This document shows, in pieces, positions 35,971-45,264 of a stretch of DNA of 64,000 bases. Where the stretch lies: IMG/VR virus record IMGVR_UViG_3300047564_001818; one strand, 5' to 3'. Made by a program: the position numbers and the translations under genes. The stretch's first letter is position 1. The number at the start of each line of letters is the position of its first letter. The notes beneath the pieces are model-generated. The model had not been told where the DNA came from and made no database searches. It saw only the letters and a program-made list of their open reading frames with translations. This DNA is from a virus. Lineage: Duplodnaviria > Caudoviricetes.

Positions 35971-37386
35971 CTACTCTCCGTTCAGCGTGTTGAGGAACTG
36001 ACGCAGTTTGGTACTGTCTGTTTCTGCACGTATACGCTTAACGGGTTCACCGTCGTCCGGTGCTGTGGTTTGTGCTGCTGTGTTGCGTTTCAGTGCGTCC
36101 AGTATCTTTGAGCCGCCCTGTGGTGCAGTGGGTGCGTCTTCTGCGTCTTCGCCCAGATCAAAGATTCTCAGTGTGTCCACATCAAAGCCCAGATCGATTT
36201 TTGAGTTAACACCGCTTGAACTGCGAGTCTTCATCAGCTGTATCTGATAGCGGCCACGCTCTCTCATAGCTCTGCTGGTAAAGATACCGATCAAGTTGTC
36301 TGCTGTGTTGATCTTTGAAATGCCGCCCGAGATATGACTGTGGTCAAACTCAATCTCTTCCACACTGCTACGGTTCAACTGACTTGCTGTTACAAATACC
36401 ACGTTGAGCTCCATGGCCAAGTTGCGCAGTTCTTCTGATACATACTTGTCTTTCACAAACAGATTTTCTGCTGAGATTTTGGCTGCGATAGGATGCATCA
36501 GGTCCAAATAGTCTACCAGTACCACATCTACTCTACGACCCATTTTGATTTCGTATTCTTTGATGTAGCTGCGGATGTCGTTAGCGTTCTTGCCTGTGGG
36601 CATGTACTTGACTTGGAACGCACCACTCTTTTTGCCTATGATGCGCACTCGCATCTCAACGTCATCGATCTGTTTGAAGATGTCTCGGCTGGGGATTTCT
36701 GAAGTCATTGAATCCAGTCGCATACTCACTAGATTTTCACTCAGTTCGAAAGTGAGATACAGCACGTTCATGCCTGCCAAACACCAGTTCACACCTAGGT
36801 TGGCCATGAACAGACTCTTGCCCGAACCGCTTCCACCTGCAAAGATGTTCAGTTCACCTCTGTTGAATCCGCCAAACAGTTTACGATCCAGTGTGGGCCA
36901 GCCTGTGCTGACCTGTCCGTTTTTGTCTTTGATTGCTTCCAGTCGTTTGCGTGGATTCTCAAAGTAGTCAGTGCCTAGATCTTTTTGCAGTCCGATCTGC
37001 ACTGCACGTTTGACCAAATCTTCAACTGGACCGTACTCACCTTTTTCTAATAGATCAGCACTCTTAAGGATCGCTGCTTCCAGTGCTTTGTGACGACTGA
37101 ATGTTTCAAACTCGCTCAGCAGCCAGTCATAGTGATTTTCCTGCAGGTCGCCTGGGTTCTTTAGATCTGTTCGGGTAGCAGCATTGATCATGTCAAAGGT
37201 GGGCAGTGCATTGTGTTCGCCCACATAGTTTTTAAGAAACTCTGCTGCGGGCTGTAGTCGTCTATCAAATGACGTAGGATCAAACACAGCTTGGCAGCGC
37301 ACAAAACTTTCTGCGTCAGTGAGAAACATTTCTAGATACACACGCTGTATGTCGTATCCGTAGTCAGTGTTTTGTCTTGTTGCCAT
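35971..37386 (-). CDS. dnaB: Replicative DNA helicase (DnaB/gp41-like)
   Basis: Walker A GGSGSGKS, VLVDYLDLM, TASQLNRS, IQLMKTRSS. Confidence 0.93.
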   Translation of the reverse strand: MATRQNTDYGYDIQRVYLEMFLTDAESFVRCQAVFDPTSFDRRLQPAAEFLKNYVGEHNALPTFDMINAATRTDLKNPGDLQENHYDWLLSEFETFSRHKALEAAILKSADLLEKGEYGPVEDLVKRAVQIGLQKDLGTDYFENPRKRLEAIKDKNGQVSTGWPTLDRKLFGGFNRGELNIFAGGSGSGKSLFMANLGVNWCLAGMNVLYLTFELSENLVSMRLDSMTSEIPSRDIFKQIDDVEMRVRIIGKKSGAFQVKYMPTGKNANDIRSYIKEYEIKMGRRVDVVLVDYLDLMHPIAAKISAENLFVKDKYVSEELRNLAMELNVVFVTASQLNRSSVEEIEFDHSHISGGISKINTADNLIGIFTSRAMRERGRYQIQLMKTRSSSGVNSKIDLGFDVDTLRIFDLGEDAEDAPTAPQGGSKILDALKRNTAAQTTAPDDGEPVKRIRAETDSTKLRQFLNTLNGE

Positions 37387-37528
37387 GTCTTACCTCTTTT
37401 ATGTGTGATGTGGCTTTGACAGTGCCACAACTGTTGCAGTGTACAATCACAACTTTAAAACTGTGAGCGCCGATGGTGATTACCTGTTCTGCGCTCACTA
37501 TATGTGAGTGTTCACAACAGCTTAACAT
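37364..37528 (-). CDS. Small Cys/His protein (absent from ORF track)
   Basis: MLSCCEH...HCNSCG; TGATG coupling with the upstream gene. Confidence 0.45.
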   Translation of the reverse strand: MLSCCEHSHIVSAEQVITIGAHSFKVVIVHCNSCGTVKATSHIKEVRHGNKTKH

Positions 37529-38493
37529 CAATGCCACGCTGTGTCAATATTATCAATACGCTGACCGTTGCGAGCCAGCACACAGCCCACAGCACTGCCT
37601 GGGTCACCTGGACGAGGCGGAACCCACACACTGTGCCAATCACCAGTGATACGCTTTACTGCATCACGGTTCATAGCACCACCGCCTGCCAGTGCTAGGT
37701 GCTGTGCACCAGTAGTGTAGTGTGCCCAGTTACTTAGTATTTTAACAGCCCAGCAAAATATTTCTTGTGTGGTTGCTGCTAGATCTCGTAGGTCTTGCTC
37801 AGTGGTTAGATCTGGTCTCCACTGCCTGCAACCTCTGTGTAGGTTAGTTCTCATACGTATGTGAGGTCGACCTGCGTCCTGCTGTATGTCCACAATGTCG
37901 CTGGTCATGCTGCTCCACAGTCTCCGTGGGTCTCCATGGCTGGCCCACTCTGCTACACGGTATTCGTCCTGCTGTGGCGTCAGACCCAGTCGCTGCGTCA
38001 TAGCACTATAAAACAGTCCTAGACTGTGTGGGTAGCTTTGACTGTGAATCTTTTTCAAACTGTTGTTCTTGCCATGCCACACTGTGAGTGTTTCGAACTC
38101 GCCTATGCTGTCTAGGCAGATCACAGCACAGTCGTCCTGTGGTTGTGTGTAGTAGGCGTAGGCAGCGTGACTGAGGTGATGCTGTACACAGTGTATGGGT
38201 ATATTGCCAAAACCTCTGTTGCTCAGATACTTGCGAATATTGTTTTCTTCTCCAAGCCAGCCTTGACCGGCCCAAAACTGTCGCAGTGTTTTTAACCTTG
38301 GGCGTTCATACCAAACTATTTCGTCCGGATCTCCCCATTGACGTTTTGCTTGCTCAAAAAACTCTACACTGTGATCAGCTGAGCCAGTCACACCTGCCCA
38401 GCGCAGACCATTGTCACCGTAGCTGTTACGGTCATGCCAAACAGCTAGACTAGCGTCATGGCTGTTACCTACCAATCCCCAAGTTACTTTCAT
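37528..38493 (-). CDS. Carbamoyltransferase (NodU/CmcH family), N-terminal domain only
   Basis: SHDASLA, HHLSHAAYAY, LDSIGE, SLGLFY, LALAGG..MN, PP.PGD.G.A.G. Confidence 0.85.
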   Translation of the reverse strand: MKVTWGLVGNSHDASLAVWHDRNSYGDNGLRWAGVTGSADHSVEFFEQAKRQWGDPDEIVWYERPRLKTLRQFWAGQGWLGEENNIRKYLSNRGFGNIPIHCVQHHLSHAAYAYYTQPQDDCAVICLDSIGEFETLTVWHGKNNSLKKIHSQSYPHSLGLFYSAMTQRLGLTPQQDEYRVAEWASHGDPRRLWSSMTSDIVDIQQDAGRPHIRMRTNLHRGCRQWRPDLTTEQDLRDLAATTQEIFCWAVKILSNWAHYTTGAQHLALAGGGAMNRDAVKRITGDWHSVWVPPRPGDPGSAVGCVLARNGQRIDNIDTAWH

Positions 38494-38603
38494 TTGTATA
38501 TAAACGGATCTCTCTTGCGCAGTTCTTTGATACGCTTTTTAAACTGTCTGTGATCTTGCCAAGTTCTCCAAGGCCACAATATTAGATCTTTTAACCAAAC
38601 CAT
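38490..38603 (-). CDS. 37 aa peptide ending RKRDPFIYK (absent from ORF track)
   Basis: ATGA-coupled to the carbamoyltransferase. Confidence 0.6.
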   Translation of the reverse strand: MVWLKDLILWPWRTWQDHRQFKKRIKELRKRDPFIYK

Positions 38604-39583
38604 CGTTTCATCCTTATTCTAATCTTAAGCGGAGATTCTTCCGCAGCACTCACAATACTGTGCAGTGCATACAGTCTTCCGTACTTATTTACAACGTCGC
38701 TCACATCCTTGCAATCTTGTGGCCAATCAGGCAAGCTCACGCTCCATCCGCGTTCTATGGCCTGTTCTGCTAGATTTCGGCCGTTTCTGTCTCTGTCAGG
38801 CACTATGACGATCTGTTTGCCCAGTCGATCCAACAGCAGAGCTTGTGAATCGTTGATGTCTGATCCACACAGAGCGCAGCCTTCTATGTGTATAGCGTCA
38901 ATAGGACCTTCCACAACTATACAGAATATTTTGCTGTGATGTTGCTCGTCAAGCCCATAAACAAATCCAGGCTGGCTTTCCATAAGATAGCGAGGGTTTT
39001 TATCACTGGTGACCGTTCTTGCAGTCCAGCCCACAATCCTATCTTCATAGTAGAACGGAACAATCAGCCTGTCTCTATAGGCTAGACTGGGGCTCCAGTA
39101 GTAGTCTGTGTCATCTACATTTAGATGTCGTTGTGCCATATATTCCAGTACGTTCATGTTGTAACGATCAAAGTCAGTAAGATCTACAATCTTTACAGCA
39201 TCATCAGGCAGTGGCACAGTGTTGAACTTGGGCAGTGTGGGTGCACCTCTAAGGCTGTTGATAGCTTCAATGCCTTCGTTCTCTCTCATCACATCCAGTG
39301 TGAGCTTGTTGATTACACTGTCTGGTGCGTTCATCCATTCCAACATTCTACGCATCTTGTAGCTGAGATTGCGACCAGGTTGCCAGCTGGTTTTGAATCC
39401 ACAGTTAAAACAGTGATAGCTTACTCCGCCGTCTGGATTGGCGATCAAGCCACCTCGGCCTCTAGTGTCTGCACTGTGTCCGTTGTGAACACAGCAGGGC
39501 GCATTGAATGAGGTCCAGCCGCCCTGTGTAGCTTTACGCTTGGCGGGAAGATACGCGAGAACTGTTTCGGCAACTATACTCAT
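38591..39583 (-). CDS. dnaG: DNA primase (gp61/DnaG-like)
   Basis: Zn motif CCVH...YHCFNCG, Toprim IVVEGPIDA, PDRD, KDVSD; TTGACA promoter upstream. Confidence 0.92.
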   Translation of the reverse strand: MSIVAETVLAYLPAKRKATQGGWTSFNAPCCVHNGHSADTRGRGGLIANPDGGVSYHCFNCGFKTSWQPGRNLSYKMRRMLEWMNAPDSVINKLTLDVMRENEGIEAINSLRGAPTLPKFNTVPLPDDAVKIVDLTDFDRYNMNVLEYMAQRHLNVDDTDYYWSPSLAYRDRLIVPFYYEDRIVGWTARTVTSDKNPRYLMESQPGFVYGLDEQHHSKIFCIVVEGPIDAIHIEGCALCGSDINDSQALLLDRLGKQIVIVPDRDRNGRNLAEQAIERGWSVSLPDWPQDCKDVSDVVNKYGRLYALHSIVSAAEESPLKIRIRMKRWFG

Positions 39584-39618
39584 GCTATGATAATAGCGTG
39601 ATTACAAACAGTTGTCAA

Positions 39619-40404
39619 TCAGTTTTTGATTAATATTTTAGTCACTGTGTCAGCAGGGTCTGCGTAAGCTTTGATTCGCAGATGGCTGAACACTCCATTA
39701 AAGTTTACTGGAACAGGTTCACTCTCAGTGCCGTCAAACTCTAGTGTTGCTATGTCAGCCCAATAGCTGCTCTCAGTTACTGTGTTGTCTAATGTAGCTT
39801 GAATAACGATATCACCTATGTAACCATCAGTGTACACTGCGGCAGTATGCAGTGCTTCATTTCCGTTCAATGCGGGCTGTGCGTCTACTGTGTCTGAAGT
39901 CCATTCTTGTGTTTCAGGTGCTACACGCAGGAAGGTTGTGATCGAATGAGGTTCTCTTGGACCTGGGAATGTTCTAGCATCAACAAATATACTAGCGTCA
40001 TTGTCGAAGTTTGAATGACTATAGGTCAATACTCGTTCGTTGTTTGCGTCAAGCATATAGATGTTATATTTGAGGTACTGTTGCTTAAGGTTTAGTAGAT
40101 CGTTTTCTGCGATCGTAACAGTAAATAATCCTTTGCTACCGCTAGACCCGTCGTCTAGTATCACACCGTCTTGTTCAATCACAAGATTGTTATTTTCATC
40201 AAACGCAAAAAACTTTGGAGTATAAGCACTGGTGTTTATAGGTCTTTGATCTGCATTCATTAGTCTAAATTCTAAAACGTTATCAATGCCTTTGTAAACT
40301 TTTAATTGTCTGCTGTACACTGGTCTATACTCCGTGATAAATCCCGCCACATCGGCTACTAGTATGGTTCTGTTTGATACTAAATATCTAGGCGTTAATT
40401 GCAT
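39619..40404 (-). CDS. Hypothetical, probably structural late protein
   Basis: 261 aa beta-rich ORF; GATAAATA upstream. Confidence 0.65.
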   Translation of the reverse strand: MQLTPRYLVSNRTILVADVAGFITEYRPVYSRQLKVYKGIDNVLEFRLMNADQRPINTSAYTPKFFAFDENNNLVIEQDGVILDDGSSGSKGLFTVTIAENDLLNLKQQYLKYNIYMLDANNERVLTYSHSNFDNDASIFVDARTFPGPREPHSITTFLRVAPETQEWTSDTVDAQPALNGNEALHTAAVYTDGYIGDIVIQATLDNTVTESSYWADIATLEFDGTESEPVPVNFNGVFSHLRIKAYADPADTVTKILIKN

Positions 40405-40423
40405 ACTAATATTTATCGGAATT

Positions 40424-40795
40424 ATGTTAACAAAAGATATACAAGAAAATTTTCCATTTCTAAGTGTTGTAACCTACGGGGGCAACGAATATGTCGGTAT
40501 CATTATAAATCAAGATCAGTCAGTTACATCGATGTATGTTTATACTGACTTGAGATCAAGAACTGAGCAGGCAAAATTTTTAGAACTTGGAGAAGCATGG
40601 TGGTGGGAATCAAATAGGATGATTCCTATTAATATTTTTTTAAAGAACGAAATGGATTCTTTTAGATATTGTATAATAACGATGAATTCAAAGGACGTAA
40701 AGGTAGCAATAGGACCATGCGTTAATCTTAACAATCTAGCACTCAAACGTGTAAAAAGAAAAAGCGTTCAGTTAGTTAGGCGTCCTCGAGATTAA
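40424..40795 (+). CDS. Hypothetical protein
   Basis: Start revised to MLTKDIQENFPF; CTAAATA upstream. Confidence 0.7.
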   Translation: MLTKDIQENFPFLSVVTYGGNEYVGIIINQDQSVTSMYVYTDLRSRTEQAKFLELGEAWWWESNRMIPINIFLKNEMDSFRYCIITMNSKDVKVAIGPCVNLNNLALKRVKRKSVQLVRRPRD

Positions 40796-41345
40796 GCTGC
40801 TCGCATAGTAAATTCATATGAACAATCACTGCTACAGCATAACTTACTGCGTGGCTTTTCTTAAAATAGTAATCTCCATTCTCTGGCTTCGTCCATACTT
40901 CTTTTAAGATTGTATTCCAGTCTTGTCCTATTAGATGTCTCTTGGCTGGACGTATCATAGCAAGTACAGCAGCTAGTTGTTCTACCGAAGTTGGACCGGT
41001 CTTCCTCAGTGTGTCGCTGTGGCCGCTTAAATGAAACAGTTGATCCACAAACTCATTGTAGTGTAGCAGTTCCCACAACGGTTGCTTCTCCATCAACTGT
41101 TGTAAATGTTGTTCACTTTTTATATCTTTATAGATACCAACATTAAGGAAGTCTAGTTTAAAATACCCTCTATCCTCTGCGGTCTTGTAATCTATTGTGG
41201 ATAGATTGTCAATAGGGTTACAAGGTATTTCTGTGACGTACACACCTGTGTTGTGTTTTTTACCGTTGGGCAATGCAGCTATTCTATGCTGTAGCTTTGA
41301 TAAAACTAGATCTCTATTTGGAAAGTCTAGGTCGATATCAGGCAC
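40776..41345 (-). CDS. Minimal DNA polymerase III alpha (DnaE)-like catalytic-domain protein
   Basis: PDIDLDF, KHNTGVYV, YFKLDFLN, LAMIRPA, YFKKSHAVSYA. Confidence 0.8.
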   Translation of the reverse strand: MPDIDLDFPNRDLVLSKLQHRIAALPNGKKHNTGVYVTEIPCNPIDNLSTIDYKTAEDRGYFKLDFLNVGIYKDIKSEQHLQQLMEKQPLWELLHYNEFVDQLFHLSGHSDTLRKTGPTSVEQLAAVLAMIRPAKRHLIGQDWNTILKEVWTKPENGDYYFKKSHAVSYAVAVIVHMNLLCEQLNLEDA

Positions 41346-41835
41346 TGAGCTTCTCCAGCTTTTGTGCTTTCTTAGCGGCCATGTTCCATTTAAGCTTACT
41401 TACACGATCTTTGAAAGTTATACCCTGTAGGTGATCCCATTCGTGCAGATAGCACTTAGCACTGTAGCCATCTATCTTAACTACACACTCTTCTAAATGT
41501 TCATTATAAAACTTAGCAAGTATTTCTTTTGGCCTAGCAATTTTTACATAAACATTAGGAAAGCTAAGACACCCCTCAACGTCTGTAAGTGTGTCCGATG
41601 TGTATTGTAACACTGTAGGATTGATACAGATTGTGCTGTTAGCAGCACTGTCTCCAAATACAAACACCTGTGCGTCTAAGCCTATTTGATTTGCTGCTAG
41701 TCCTATGCCACTGTGACCAAGCATGATGTCTACCATCTGCTTTTTTAATTCAACAGGATCAAAGCTTGGATTTTCTAGATCAACTGCTGTGACCTGTCGA
41801 TCTAAAAATTCGTTTGGATAATACAATAGATTCAT
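41338..41835 (-). CDS. def: Peptide deformylase
   Basis: GIGLAANQIG, EGCLS, HEWDHLQG. Confidence 0.93.
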   Translation of the reverse strand: MNLLYYPNEFLDRQVTAVDLENPSFDPVELKKQMVDIMLGHSGIGLAANQIGLDAQVFVFGDSAANSTICINPTVLQYTSDTLTDVEGCLSFPNVYVKIARPKEILAKFYNEHLEECVVKIDGYSAKCYLHEWDHLQGITFKDRVSKLKWNMAAKKAQKLEKLSA

Positions 41836-42578
41836 AATTTACTTTCCTTAACAATTTCTTTTACTAGTTCTACGTCTTTGAGTTGACGTTTGAAACGCAA
41901 TGCCCAGTGCTCTGGGTTAATTACATGATATACTAATCCCAACTGCTCGTCATTAAATTTGCTGAGCATTTCTTTTCCAGTGCAACAGTTAAGTATGAGC
42001 CATGGCGATACCTTTCCGTCCTTGATGTCCCACACTGCTCTGTTGGTGCTTACATAGTTAAAGTAATGATTCCATGCGCTGTTTTTTTCTTCAGCCCATT
42101 CTACCATATGCTTTACACTGCGTTCTAAAGCAGTGGTTACGTCTTCTTTAAGAATCAGTTCAACTGCATATTTTTCATACATTTCATCTCGACACCAATG
42201 ATCCAGTTTAACTCCGCTGGTTACTACATAGTCAATATACTTTTCAGGATAAAGGGGCTTAACGTTATTAACAAAACTGCCAAATTTAACAAAAGCGTTA
42301 TAATAAGGAGACTGCGTAAAATCTTCATAAGTTTTTTCTTTTTTTGTACCTGCCGATAGTGCATAGAATCTTTGAAACGCATAGAGCCCATATCTTACTC
42401 GTTTTTCGTCCTTTTGTAACCAACGTCTTTTCTTTTCGCACATGTGCGCCGCGAGAGTTTTCTCTCGCATGTATCCTGTACCACAGTATTCGCACACATA
42501 AGGTTTGTCAGAGTTTGATATCAATGTTATGTTCTTCAGCCAGTTCTCGGAGTTCTTTTTTTGTAGATATTCTAGCAA
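41832..42578 (-). CDS. Phage protein with N-terminal C2H2-like Zn finger; start uncertain
   Basis: YVCEYCG....TLAAHMC. Confidence 0.7.
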   Translation of the reverse strand: MLEYLQKKNSENWLKNITLISNSDKPYVCEYCGTGYMREKTLAAHMCEKKRRWLQKDEKRVRYGLYAFQRFYALSAGTKKEKTYEDFTQSPYYNAFVKFGSFVNNVKPLYPEKYIDYVVTSGVKLDHWCRDEMYEKYAVELILKEDVTTALERSVKHMVEWAEEKNSAWNHYFNYVSTNRAVWDIKDGKVSPWLILNCCTGKEMLSKFNDEQLGLVYHVINPEHWALRFKRQLKDVELVKEIVKESKL

Positions 42579-42999
42579 GTAATTCTACCTCATCATGTTT
42601 CATGTTTGGATAAATCTGTTCTAGTAATTTAGTAGCACTATTGGTACTGCTGTCTTTTTTCTTAAATCCTATCCATGCATGGTTTTCTTTTTGTCCAGTG
42701 TTTCCACATTGACATAGCAGTAACCATTGCAGTTTAGGATGTTTGCTACCAAGTACTGCCCAGTTTTTATTATAATACTCATTGGTCTTAAACACAGCCA
42801 GTTCTTGTTGATCTCTTGAATATTTTTTATACGGAGGAAATTTGCTTTCGGCTAACACACTCATATAACGATTTAGGTTCCATAAGTCACCTTTGATTTC
42901 TTTCTGACCATCTTCTCCAGCGGCATCCCACAGTTCTTTAATACCAGCATCAAGTGCTGGCATCATTTCTTTGAATAGGTCTATGTGTTTGTTCGCCAT
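42508..42999 (-). CDS. Possible clamp-loader small subunit (gp62-like)
   Basis: LNRYMS and W.GFKKK pattern; weak resemblance only. Confidence 0.4.
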   Translation of the reverse strand: MANKHIDLFKEMMPALDAGIKELWDAAGEDGQKEIKGDLWNLNRYMSVLAESKFPPYKKYSRDQQELAVFKTNEYYNKNWAVLGSKHPKLQWLLLCQCGNTGQKENHAWIGFKKKDSSTNSATKLLEQIYPNMKHDEVELLARISTKKELRELAEEHNIDIKL

Positions 43000-43658
43000 G
43001 CTTCTGCATCCTCCGGAGTATTGATTTCTATACCTTTAAATTCTACAGGAAGAACTCCGATTTGCCAACCATTTTTTAACCAACGCAACTGTTCTAGTTT
43101 TTCGATGCGTTCTTCTCTAGTTTCAATAAGGTGCATGTAAGCTTCTAGTGCTGCTTTGGTATAACCGTATACACCTAGGTGCCAATCGCCGTATCCAGTC
43201 ATGCCGCGACCGAACCAAAGACATTGATCCTTTGCTCTAACCAATTTAACTGTGTTAGGATCGTTTAGACGTTCGTCAGGCATTTGAGCGCACAGTGTAG
43301 TCACAGGATAGTGTTGAAGCATAATCACAGCTTTCTGTATCATTTCAACTGTAACATCGGGCATGTCGCCTTGAACATTTATAAACTGTTCATAGTCATC
43401 AAATTGTCTGCTTAGAACAGCGCCGGCGCATCGTTCAGTACCGTTTTCGTAATCTTCCTTGTCAATATACACTCGTTTACTGGGAATTAAATCAGCTACA
43501 CGCTGATCATCTGTGAGAACATAGGTATCAAACCCTGCGTTCCAACAGGCGTTGAACACTCTCTGTATCATAGGTGTACCACCTAGATCCACAAGAGGTT
43601 TACCAGGAAAACGAGTTGAGCCGTACCTAGCCGGTATAAGAATAGCGGTGGATTTCAT
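42981..43658 (-). CDS. kdsB: CMP-Kdo synthetase (3-deoxy-manno-octulosonate cytidylyltransferase)
   Basis: IPARYGSTRFPGKPL, NGTERC, INVQGDMP, HLGVYGY, EKLEQLRWL. Confidence 0.93.
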   Translation of the reverse strand: MKSTAILIPARYGSTRFPGKPLVDLGGTPMIQRVFNACWNAGFDTYVLTDDQRVADLIPSKRVYIDKEDYENGTERCAGAVLSRQFDDYEQFINVQGDMPDVTVEMIQKAVIMLQHYPVTTLCAQMPDERLNDPNTVKLVRAKDQCLWFGRGMTGYGDWHLGVYGYTKAALEAYMHLIETREERIEKLEQLRWLKNGWQIGVLPVEFKGIEINTPEDAEAWRTNT

Positions 43659-44388
43659 CGATTAACCTTTCAAAGTCAGATAGTTTTATCATGTTAGGAC
43701 CATCCGACGGTGCGTTGTCTGGATCAGGATGTACTTCTAAAAAGAAGTTTGTAATCCCAAGAGCACTTGCTGCCCGGCAAAGGCTAGGAACATAAGAACG
43801 ATTGCCATCGCTGCTAGTTCCTCTGCCGCCTGGCTTTTGTACACTGTGCGTGGCGTCGAAAACAATAGGTACGGTAAAGTTATCAAGCATATAGTTAATG
43901 CCGGTAAAATCAACAACCAAGGTATTATATCCAAAGCTAGTTCCCCTTTCAGTTATCCAAACTTCTTTTGCATCTGTACACTTACTTAGTATTCCTGCCA
44001 CATCCCATGGTGCCAAAAACTGACCTTTTTTGATATTAACAATACAATCTGTAGCACATGCTGCCTGTATTAAGTCTGTTTGCCGGCACAAAAAGGCAGG
44101 TATCTGTAGCACATCAACAATGTCTTTTAACCACGCAATTTGGTCTTTTTCGTGTACGTCTGTTAATACCTTTACATTTAATATGTCTTTTAGTGCTAAG
44201 ATATCATGTATAAAAGGATGTAGTCCTACACCACGTTTACCGTTAGCACTAGTACGATTGGCTTTGTCAAAACTTGCTTTGAAAATGTATTCAATATTAT
44301 ACTTGTCACACACCCGCTTACATTCACGTGCAATCTCTACACTCTGTGCTAGTGTTTCATGCTGGCACGGTCCTGCTATAATTCTCAT
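43627..44388 (-). CDS. kdsA: Kdo-8-phosphate synthase
   Basis: IIAGPC, FKASFDKANRTS, QIPAFLCRQTDL, NIKKGQFL, ERGTSFGYN, DATHSVQ, EVHPDP. Confidence 0.95.
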   Translation of the reverse strand: MRIIAGPCQHETLAQSVEIARECKRVCDKYNIEYIFKASFDKANRTSANGKRGVGLHPFIHDILALKDILNVKVLTDVHEKDQIAWLKDIVDVLQIPAFLCRQTDLIQAACATDCIVNIKKGQFLAPWDVAGILSKCTDAKEVWITERGTSFGYNTLVVDFTGINYMLDNFTVPIVFDATHSVQKPGGRGTSSDGNRSYVPSLCRAASALGITNFFLEVHPDPDNAPSDGPNMIKLSDFERLIDEIHRYSYTG

Positions 44389-44741
44389 ACTCGAGTACCT
44401 ATAGTTCTTCTTACAATGTCATCGTGGGCGAATTCAGCCCAATACAGTTCAAATGCCACACCATCCTCGAGACCTTCGAACTGATGAATCTTACCTGGCT
44501 TGACTTGTGTAAAGTCGCCAGCTTCGAGAACAGTTTCATCTACTAGTCCTTGCTGCTCAGCATCTTGCCAAACACGTACCAACATCTTACCAGATTCAAC
44601 AAAGAAACCATTCCACTTAAATTTGTGTTCATGTTCTGAACATTTGTATCCTGCTTTGAATTCAATACGATGAAATTCTAATACACCGTTGGCATGTATT
44701 AGTTCAGTGTTACCCCATACTTTACCAGCTTTAATTCCCAT
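44385..44741 (-). CDS. Cupin-domain protein
   Basis: KVWG, CSEHEH, FFVESG, HQFE. Confidence 0.75.
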   Translation of the reverse strand: MGIKAGKVWGNTELIHANGVLEFHRIEFKAGYKCSEHEHKFKWNGFFVESGKMLVRVWQDAEQQGLVDETVLEAGDFTQVKPGKIHQFEGLEDGVAFELYWAEFAHDDIVRRTIGTRV

Positions 44742-44751
44742 AGTGTTTTCC

Positions 44752-45258
44752 TTACAATAACAATGAATAATCTATTAATTCACACTGTCTGCTGATATCT
44801 TTTACAAAATAAGCACACAGTGGATTCTTTCCTTCTGTAAGTGGAACACTTAATAGTTGCCCGTTCTTCATTTTAGGAAAGTACCATTTTACATCTGTAT
44901 AAAAGTTAGTGACTTTTATATTTCCAAACTCAGTTTTAAAACTACTGAGGGGATTAAAAAGAAAAGCTTCAAACCCTCTATCGTTCAAACTAGTTAACGG
45001 CAATATCTCTAGATCGTTTCCTGATTCACTACAGCCTACTGCTAAACTCCAATCTACAGGCATTGTGATTTCTTTGCCTGCTATTTCTAATACCATTGCC
45101 GGTGCATTGAACGATTCTAAAAATATTAACGGTACAAAAAAGAAATCAGGATTTTTTGGGTCCGAATTATCTAGTACTGAAAATCTTATATCTTCATCAA
45201 TTTGGTCAGGCAAGTCGTCTAGATTAAAACACTTGTTTTCTAATGTTAGTATTCTCAT
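44752..45258 (-). CDS. Hypothetical phage protein
   Basis: 168 aa ORF within the operon. Confidence 0.65.
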   Translation of the reverse strand: MRILTLENKCFNLDDLPDQIDEDIRFSVLDNSDPKNPDFFFVPLIFLESFNAPAMVLEIAGKEITMPVDWSLAVGCSESGNDLEILPLTSLNDRGFEAFLFNPLSSFKTEFGNIKVTNFYTDVKWYFPKMKNGQLLSVPLTEGKNPLCAYFVKDISRQCELIDYSLLL

Positions 45259-45264
45259 TTAAAT

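Noticed and set aside
44752-45258. Possible stand-alone Hint-fold protein
   Set aside because: Only a vague resemblance; no N-terminal Cys/Ser or C-terminal His-Asn, so it cannot be supported without a profile search.
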